Position numbers and translations under genes: made by a program. The notes below the pieces were generated by a model. It saw only the letters and a program-made list of their open reading frames with translations. It made no database searches and was not told where the DNA came from. Of a stretch of DNA of 21,756 bases, positions 16,330 to 21,756 are shown one piece after another. The stretch comes from an uncultured Deferribacteres bacterium. GTDB lineage: Bacteria; Zhuqueibacterota; Zhuqueibacteria; Zhuqueibacterales; Geothermadaptataceae. How positions within the stretch are numbered: position 1 is the stretch's first letter; every line of letters begins with the position of its first letter. The stretch spans positions 1 through 21,756 of the forward strand of contig CAXHAT010000137.1 in the NCBI GenBank assembly GCA_964014485.1. The letters are read 5' to 3'.

Positions 16330-18012
16330 ATGGAATTCATTACCTGGCTCGCCGATGAGTGGTCATCGCTCTACTTTTTGCACATGCTTGAATCGTCCGC
16401 GTTTGTCGCGCTGGTCTATTTGGCGGATCGTGCGTTTTCTCTCGAGACCAAAATGCGCTACTTTCTCTGGTTGACGGCGCTGATAAAGTTCTTCATCCCG
16501 CCATTTTTCAGTTTGCCGGGCATAGTCCAAAACCCTGAGTCGGCGTTTTATTTCACAGCGCATTCGATTGTCTCCCAAACGCCAAATTCTGTTGTCACGC
16601 TTCAGCCGCCTTCAATTGGATTTGCAGAAGTTTTTGCCGCTCTTTGGCTATTTTCAAGCATGACGTTCGCGTTGCTGTTTTTTGTGCAAAACTTGAGACT
16701 GCGGGGAGCGCTGAAAAAAGCCGTTCCCGTGCGAATGTCTCACCCCACTTTTCTTCACGCTTCCTGGAAAAAGCCCGACGTTTTTGTTTCCGACCAGATT
16801 GCCGCACCGTTGCTGCGCGGCTTTTCGAGACCAAAGCTCTTTTTGCCCGCTGATTACACGACATGGTCCAATGAGCGTCTCAAAAGCGTTCTCGCACACG
16901 AATTGGCGCATTTCGCCTATCGCGACAGTTGGGCGCTTGCGCTGCAATGTTTTGCAATCATACTTTTTGGACTCAACCCTGTGGTTTGGTTTGCGCATCG
17001 CAAATTGACTCGCGTTCGAGAAATTCGTTGTGATGAGGCGGCCATCGCACAAACCGGGGTTAGTCCGACGGATTACAGCAAATTTTTGTACAGCTTTTTA
17101 AAAAAGCAATCCATTCATGGCAAAAAGCCGGCGTTTTCCGGCTCCTATTTTGCCGAAAGCAAAGGAGATGTTATGTACAGATTTAAACACATTCTTTCGA
17201 TGTCCGAAAACGGCGTCGTTCGCAGCAACCGCCGTCACCGACTTGTTTTGGCGGTTATTATCGCGGCTGTCGTCCCATTCTCGTGGCAGAGTCAAGCAAA
17301 CGAAATCACCACGCTCACCCCACCTTTAGCAGAAATGGAATTAACTGTTGCCTCTCAAGATTACGATAAACCGCCGCAGCCGGAGGGCGGTATGGACGCC
17401 ATCCTTGAAAATCTGTTCTATCCGCGTCTGGCGAGACTTGAAAGAATTGAAGGCAGAGTCATTGTTGAAGTTTTAATCGACGAAACCGGGCGAATCACCG
17501 ATACGAAAATCGTAAAATCCCTCGGGCAATACGGCTGTGATGAAGCGGCAATTCTGGCCGTCAAAAGCGTCAGGTGGAAACCTGCCCGCAAAGACGGCAA
17601 AGCTGTTGCAGGCAAAGTATCGGTACCCGTTGTATTTAAACTGGATTCTGATTCAGAAGAAGGTGATGAATTTAAAGATATTCCGCCGCCCCCGCCTCCT
17701 GGAAAAAGCAAAAAAAACATATTCGTCAAATATGACAGCCCGCCTGAGCCGGTTGGCGGATTCACGGCCATCCAGAAAAGTCTCACAATACCGAAAGACG
17801 TTCCTTTTGAAGAAGGACGCGTGATTGTCAACGTTCTGGTTGACACGGATGGAACGGTTGCCGAAACCAAAATCTTGAAGGGTTTAGGGGCTCCCGGATA
17901 CAATCAGGCCGCCATGGATGCTATCAAAGCGGTTAAGTGGAAGCCCGCAAAGCAAAAAGAAAAGCCGGTAAAAGTCTGGGTGGGAATTCCGATTATATTT
18001 AAGAAAAGTTAG
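16330..18012 (+). CDS. BlaR1-type M56 metallopeptidase sensor fused to two TonB C-terminal domains
   Basis: N-terminal TM helices, PLLRGFSRPKLFLP, HELAH, NPVVW, EIRCDE. Two TonB_C repeats (DKPPQPEGG...EGRVIVEVLID...WKPA and DSPPEPVGG...EGRVIVNVLVD...WKPA) separated by a poly-Pro linker. ATG 16330 follows a GGAGG RBS (the track starts at 16294). Confidence 0.93.
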   Translation: MEFITWLADEWSSLYFLHMLESSAFVALVYLADRAFSLETKMRYFLWLTALIKFFIPPFFSLPGIVQNPESAFYFTAHSIVSQTPNSVVTLQPPSIGFAEVFAALWLFSSMTFALLFFVQNLRLRGALKKAVPVRMSHPTFLHASWKKPDVFVSDQIAAPLLRGFSRPKLFLPADYTTWSNERLKSVLAHELAHFAYRDSWALALQCFAIILFGLNPVVWFAHRKLTRVREIRCDEAAIAQTGVSPTDYSKFLYSFLKKQSIHGKKPAFSGSYFAESKGDVMYRFKHILSMSENGVVRSNRRHRLVLAVIIAAVVPFSWQSQANEITTLTPPLAEMELTVASQDYDKPPQPEGGMDAILENLFYPRLARLERIEGRVIVEVLIDETGRITDTKIVKSLGQYGCDEAAILAVKSVRWKPARKDGKAVAGKVSVPVVFKLDSDSEEGDEFKDIPPPPPPGKSKKNIFVKYDSPPEPVGGFTAIQKSLTIPKDVPFEEGRVIVNVLVDTDGTVAETKILKGLGAPGYNQAAMDAIKAVKWKPAKQKEKPVKVWVGIPIIFKKS

Positions 18013-18021
18013 TTCTGTTTT

Positions 18022-19188
18022 TTATTGGCTTGCGCTCTGCATTTCTTCGCGTCGCTGAATGTGGTTAACAATCGCTTCAGCGACGCGGCTGTTGCCTTCC
18101 GGCGAGTAGTGACTGTTATAAAAATTGAAATACTGGCCATAGTCTTCATTCACAAAAACTTCCCCGACGTCGAGAAACTCGTAATTCCGGCGCTGCAAAA
18201 AGTCAATCAGCGGCTGGTAAAGATTGCGCTCGTATTTCTTGCGCAAATCAATTGAAAATTGGTCGGACAAAACCAAAACGATTGGAATTTCTCCGCGGTT
18301 CTCGGCCAATTTCACAAACTCATCGACAATATACTCGAGAATTCGCAACGCTTCCGAACGCGATTGGTAGAGGTGGGTATACTTAAAAGTTTGAAGCGCG
18401 TCTTCATATGAATCGGAGAAAAGCTTGCGCGTCTCCAATGCGCCGCGCGACCAGAAAAAGCTGAAGTGTTTTAGGATGGTATAACTTGCGGGCCAATGCA
18501 GTCTCGCCGGCGCATTCAAAATCTCGTCGTAGTAGAAAGGCCAGTAGTCCAGCGGTTTTAAGCTTTCAATGTAGGCGGAATCGTCCAGCTTTTTGAGGTC
18601 ATCGACAGTTCGAATCGGCGCATCGATCAAGCGAAAACCATCACCGTCAGCTATGAATCGCGGTTTTGGCGGCGCCCACATGCGCATGTAAAACCCAGGA
18701 TAATGCGAAACCACCCGCCCGATATTTTCCGAGAGCACACCCAGGATCGCATATTCCGTCGGGATTTGCGTCCGTTTGTAATTTAAAAACGCCTGATCCG
18801 GGCCGTACGCCCCGACGCCAAAATTCAGACAGTCCCACGCCGTCTTTTCTTCCACGAATGCAGAGAATGTATGCTCCGCGCTGACTTCCGCGCCATAGAC
18901 AAATGAATCGCCGAAAATTTTGATTTTATATTTTTCTTTCCGGGGATAATTAATCTGACGACGCGTGCCGAGGTTGCTGCGCTCCGCCAAGGTCATGTTC
19001 CAGCCGAGCTCAGGGTCAAAGCGCGATTCAATAAACGCCTGCACTTTCTCCGGCGAAACGGTGCGGCTTTGGTAGAACAGGTTTCTTTTTGAATTAAGAT
19101 GCTTTAGAACAAAGTAGATGCAAGTATCGGCGAGAACAAAAATCGGCAAGAACGCCGCAAGCGAGAAAACGAGTTTTTTTTTCAACAT
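18022..19188 (-). CDS. Membrane-anchored SGNH/GDSL hydrolase-like protein (polysaccharide O-acyl modification type)
   Basis: N-terminal TM helix, DPELGW, FGDSFVYG (block I), NFGVGAYGPDQ (block II), NSHYSPEGN (block V). The true start is likely ATG 19188; the longer track ORF runs through the 8-mer repeat. Confidence 0.85.
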   Translation of the reverse strand: MLKKKLVFSLAAFLPIFVLADTCIYFVLKHLNSKRNLFYQSRTVSPEKVQAFIESRFDPELGWNMTLAERSNLGTRRQINYPRKEKYKIKIFGDSFVYGAEVSAEHTFSAFVEEKTAWDCLNFGVGAYGPDQAFLNYKRTQIPTEYAILGVLSENIGRVVSHYPGFYMRMWAPPKPRFIADGDGFRLIDAPIRTVDDLKKLDDSAYIESLKPLDYWPFYYDEILNAPARLHWPASYTILKHFSFFWSRGALETRKLFSDSYEDALQTFKYTHLYQSRSEALRILEYIVDEFVKLAENRGEIPIVLVLSDQFSIDLRKKYERNLYQPLIDFLQRRNYEFLDVGEVFVNEDYGQYFNFYNSHYSPEGNSRVAEAIVNHIQRREEMQSASQ

Positions 19189-19218
19189 AAAACCGGATGC
19201 AGCGCGATGCCCAAAGTT

Positions 19219-19338
19219 GATGGATGAATGGAGTAGTGGAATGTTGGCTTGATGGATGAATGGAGTTCTGGATTGTTGGATTAATTCATCACTCCATTCA
19301 TCCATCTTTCCATTACTCCATCAATCCAACATTCCAGC
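19219..19338. repeat. 8-bp degenerate tandem array (8 x nnTGGAnn) followed by 7 inverted units (nnTCCAnn)
   Basis: GATGGATG AATGGAGT AGTGGAAT GTTGGCTT GATGGATG AATGGAGT TCTGGATT GTTGGATT | AATTCATC ACTCCATT CATCCATC TTTCCATT ACTCCATC AATCCAAC ATTCCAGC. Confidence 0.93.
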
Positions 19339-19342
19339 GAAA

Positions 19343-21166
19343 CTATCTTCCGGTTTCTACGCGGACGCCCGTTGGAGCGGACGGCGCGAAGTCCGGGTTC
19401 CAATCGATGTCGCCTTCTTGAAAAACGAGCATGATCGCGTCGGCGACGATTGTGCCGTTTGCATTGTTCGTCAGCTCAATCACTGTACGGCTTCCAGTGG
19501 GCAAATCAAATTTCCCGAGGCTGTTCCAACGTCCGGAATTGCGTGATTGATCGATTGTGCCGGAAGTTTTTTGCTGACCATTGATAAACAATTTGTAAGG
19601 CGTATTGGTCGCCATTTGCCGGCCGCGAACCGTGCCGTGCCATTCGAAAATCTCATATTCGCCGGGAATATTGATCGTTGGCTTGTACTTGGCTCTGGCT
19701 TCACCACCGCCCGCAGACGCGTAGGCAATGGCGTAAAGCTTGTTATGATCCGCCTGCCGCATACTCCATGATTTATCTTCGTCGTTAGTGTGGCTCCACC
19801 CGCCGATCAGCTCCGCTTTGTCGCTGCCCGGCGAAGTTTCAGCGCCCTGGCTATCAATAACAATGTCCGAGACGATGGTCTTCTTCTCGGTCAGCAAAAT
19901 GATACCGTCGCCGACCAACAAATCGCGGTCTGAAGCCAATTTCTCACCAAAAAGCTCTACTTCGTGAAATTCCTGACCATTGTTAAACGCAGGATCCTGC
20001 CCGCCGAGAAATCGATAATACGGGCCGTTGTAAGCGGCAAATCCGCGCAATTGTTCATCACGAAGCGTACGCGTCGAGCCGGTCGGGTTGACGATTGAAA
20101 CGCCGCCGTCAAAAAAGCGCGCCCAGCAGCGATTCGGCAATTCAACCGCGTCGCTGGTCGGGTAACCCACGTTCACATCGTATTCGTCGTAATATTTATC
20201 ATAATGATGGGACGGCCCCGCAGCATGGTCGGAATAGCTAAAATAGCCGTCGCCAAGCATCGCCGTCGTCAGCATCATGCGCAAGTGGCGATAGTAATTT
20301 TTCGAATCGCCGTTCATGCTTGTGTATGGGTCGCGATTCGAAGGAATCACGTCAAAAAAGAAAAAATGCGGCGCACGCGCTTCTCTGCTAAATTTCAAAT
20401 AGTCGCGCAAGAATCCGTCCCAGCCGCGAATGCCGCGCAGGTTTTCGAGAATCAGGCCATTCGAAGATTTCCAGCCAATTTTGTGCAGCAGACCGGAATT
20501 GATCAGCATGTATTTGTCGTCCGGCATTTGCGCACGCAGGTTTTCGAGCAGCGTTTCAAAGCCTTTTTGCCATTCGGCGATGACCCATTTTTCGCCTTTT
20601 CCAGACTCGGTGTAATCGTTTTTGCCGTTGTTGTCGAGATCGATGTCGCCGTCGGCGCCGCGCGGCTTGTCCCAAAGCCAGTCGGTTGCAATGCCGTCCC
20701 AGTAGCGCAAATCGACGCGGCGAATCAGCACTTCCGGCAAAACTTCATTGTAGCGTCTGCCATTTACTTTCGGGCACAAATCCGACAAATTGACCATCGG
20801 CTTGTTGCCAGGTTGGAGAATCTTTTCCCCGCTGGAATTTTTCAACAGCCATTCTTCCGGCATGTCATAATCCGGATCGGTCATAATCGGATTGTTGCCG
20901 TTCCAAACCGTCCAGCCGCTGGTTGAAAAACAGACGGCGTTCGGGTTGATCTCCTTGATTCCGCGCGGAATCGCCGGATCGGTTTTGTTGATATTGATCA
21001 TGTCCATGCGCGCATGCCAGGGGTAAGGCACTTCGCCGCGCACGAAATGAAACGTGCCAACTCGCGGGTACGGGTGGTTCACCTGTGCGTTAGCCGATGA
21101 AAAAATCGCGAAAAAAAAGAAAACTGAAACAGCGGATTTCATCATATGGTTTTTAGATTTCATCAT
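19343..21166 (-). CDS. Secreted putative glycoside hydrolase (GHL15-like TIM barrel) with a C-terminal golvesin/xanthan-lyase-like domain
   Basis: Signal peptide (ANA-Q); PEEWLLK, WDGIATD, LINSG, NGLILEN, YYDEYDVNVGYP, WARFFDGGVSIVNPT; C-terminal GEYEIFEW...DQSRNSGRWNSLGKF...IVADAI. AGGAGG RBS; the start is 21166 or TTG 21172. Confidence 0.75.
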   Translation of the reverse strand: MMKSKNHMMKSAVSVFFFFAIFSSANAQVNHPYPRVGTFHFVRGEVPYPWHARMDMININKTDPAIPRGIKEINPNAVCFSTSGWTVWNGNNPIMTDPDYDMPEEWLLKNSSGEKILQPGNKPMVNLSDLCPKVNGRRYNEVLPEVLIRRVDLRYWDGIATDWLWDKPRGADGDIDLDNNGKNDYTESGKGEKWVIAEWQKGFETLLENLRAQMPDDKYMLINSGLLHKIGWKSSNGLILENLRGIRGWDGFLRDYLKFSREARAPHFFFFDVIPSNRDPYTSMNGDSKNYYRHLRMMLTTAMLGDGYFSYSDHAAGPSHHYDKYYDEYDVNVGYPTSDAVELPNRCWARFFDGGVSIVNPTGSTRTLRDEQLRGFAAYNGPYYRFLGGQDPAFNNGQEFHEVELFGEKLASDRDLLVGDGIILLTEKKTIVSDIVIDSQGAETSPGSDKAELIGGWSHTNDEDKSWSMRQADHNKLYAIAYASAGGGEARAKYKPTINIPGEYEIFEWHGTVRGRQMATNTPYKLFINGQQKTSGTIDQSRNSGRWNSLGKFDLPTGSRTVIELTNNANGTIVADAIMLVFQEGDIDWNPDFAPSAPTGVRVETGR

Positions 21167-21295
21167 TCTCAACGTTCCTCCTTTGAACTCAATTGAAACG
21201 ACTCAAAAGTCAACCGCTCCTGTTTGCAAAACGTCCTGTTTATTCTGAGCGTGAAATCATTTGATTTTCCCGGTTCAGCGCGAAGGCTGCACCGC

Positions 21296-21709
21296 CTATT
21301 TCGTAGCGACAATCTTAAAAGCGCGCGCCGCCCAAAGCGTAACCGGCGAAAACGCGCGTAAAACAGCATTTGCCGTTCCTACAAAATCCTGTTTCCCCGC
21401 CCCGCCAAAATGAGAGTAAGCCTTGACGCTGAAGCCGAGTTTCTCCATATCTTTCGCCAAATCGCGCGGGTCGAAAAGGCGCTCGATGTAATCGTTCTTT
21501 TTCGGATTAAAAGCCGGCACGCGCGGCGTAAACGGACGGTTCGGCTTTTGTCCGCTATTGACATATTCTTCACATGCTTCTACAATTTCAGGCTTGCCCA
21601 TGGCAAACGTATTTTTCGCCAACTCAGCGACTTCTTCCAAAGACAACTTCGGAAAGCTTTCGGAAATAATGTCCTTGCGCATGTCAATAAACGACTGCTT
21701 GATCTGGTG
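21296..21709 (-). CDS. 3' fragment of a gene truncated by the contig end; possibly the C-terminus of a class I SAM-dependent methyltransferase-like protein
   Basis: Open frame from the adapter junction to the stop at 21296. The ERLFDPRDLAKDMEKLGFSV...FKIVATK ending resembles methyltransferase C-termini, but no SAM motif is visible. Confidence 0.55.
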   Translation of the reverse strand, partial: HQIKQSFIDMRKDIISESFPKLSLEEVAELAKNTFAMGKPEIVEACEEYVNSGQKPNRPFTPRVPAFNPKKNDYIERLFDPRDLAKDMEKLGFSVKAYSHFGGAGKQDFVGTANAVLRAFSPVTLWAARAFKIVATK

Positions 21710-21756
21710 CTGTCTCTTATACACATCTCCGAGCCCACGAGACTCCATTGCATCGC
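21710..21756 (+). other. Illumina Nextera adapter read-through (Tn5 mosaic end + read-2 primer + index); sequencing artefact
   Basis: Exact CTGTCTCTTATACACATCT (21710-21728) + CCGAGCCCACGAGAC (21729-21743), followed by an index-like TCCATTGC and ATC. Confidence 0.99.

Noticed and set aside
15891..18012. Beta-lactam resistance locus (blaI/blaR1/blaZ)
   Set aside because: The sensor lacks a penicillin-binding domain and no beta-lactamase is adjacent, so gene symbols were not assigned.
19189..19305. N-terminal extension of the SGNH ORF (MDEWSDELIQQ...)
   Set aside because: It is translation of the octamer repeat. The TM anchor begins at Met 19188.
19219..19338. Possible CRISPR or mini-array
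   Set aside because: The period is 8 bp with an inverted half, and there is no 23-47 bp repeat/spacer alternation.
20204..20926. 240-aa + strand ORF
   Set aside because: It is an antisense shadow of the hydrolase gene with no motifs. The same applies to 708..1202, 5058..5549, 6803..7249, 13491..14027 and 17418..17903.
21710..21728. Tn5/IS50 transposon end
   Set aside because: It is followed by the Nextera primer sequence CCGAGCCCACGAGAC, so it is a library artefact rather than a native element.

Overview
Bacterial metagenomic contig-like window. The C-terminal YPNPF/WDGRD sorting domain, TonB fusions and an outer-membrane barrel suggest an FCB-group diderm such as KSB1/Calditrichota; this is inference only. 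The left end lies inside a 7-bp tandem repeat and the right end is an untrimmed Nextera/Tn5 adapter, so both edges look like assembly breaks. Gene content, left to right: a secreted 5xPKD protein, an APH-fold kinase-like protein, an RluA-family pseudouridine synthase, a 69-aa hypothetical protein, a hicB-hicA toxin-antitoxin pair, a two-gene secreted M16 peptidase pair, an SGNH-like/BNR sialidase-like fusion followed by a membrane TlpA thioredoxin, a porin plus small periplasmic-binding-protein pair, a GNAT acetyltransferase, BlaI plus a BlaR1(M56)-TonB-TonB fusion, and a polysaccharide-type block (SGNH protein, putative glycoside hydrolase with a golvesin-like domain, truncated methyltransferase-like gene). 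Two themes stand out. (1) Several unrelated palindromic repeat classes: tandem-then-inverted 7-mer and 8-mer arrays directly after stop codons, GTAG-REP-like hairpins with covarying stems and TTYA loops, a ~223-bp MITE-like element, and a dRS3/RPE-like palindrome in frame in a protein N-terminus. (2) Three intact ORF sets with substituted catalytic residues: the kinase, the M16 pair and the SGNH domain. No clearly new defence or mobile system could be established from sequence alone.
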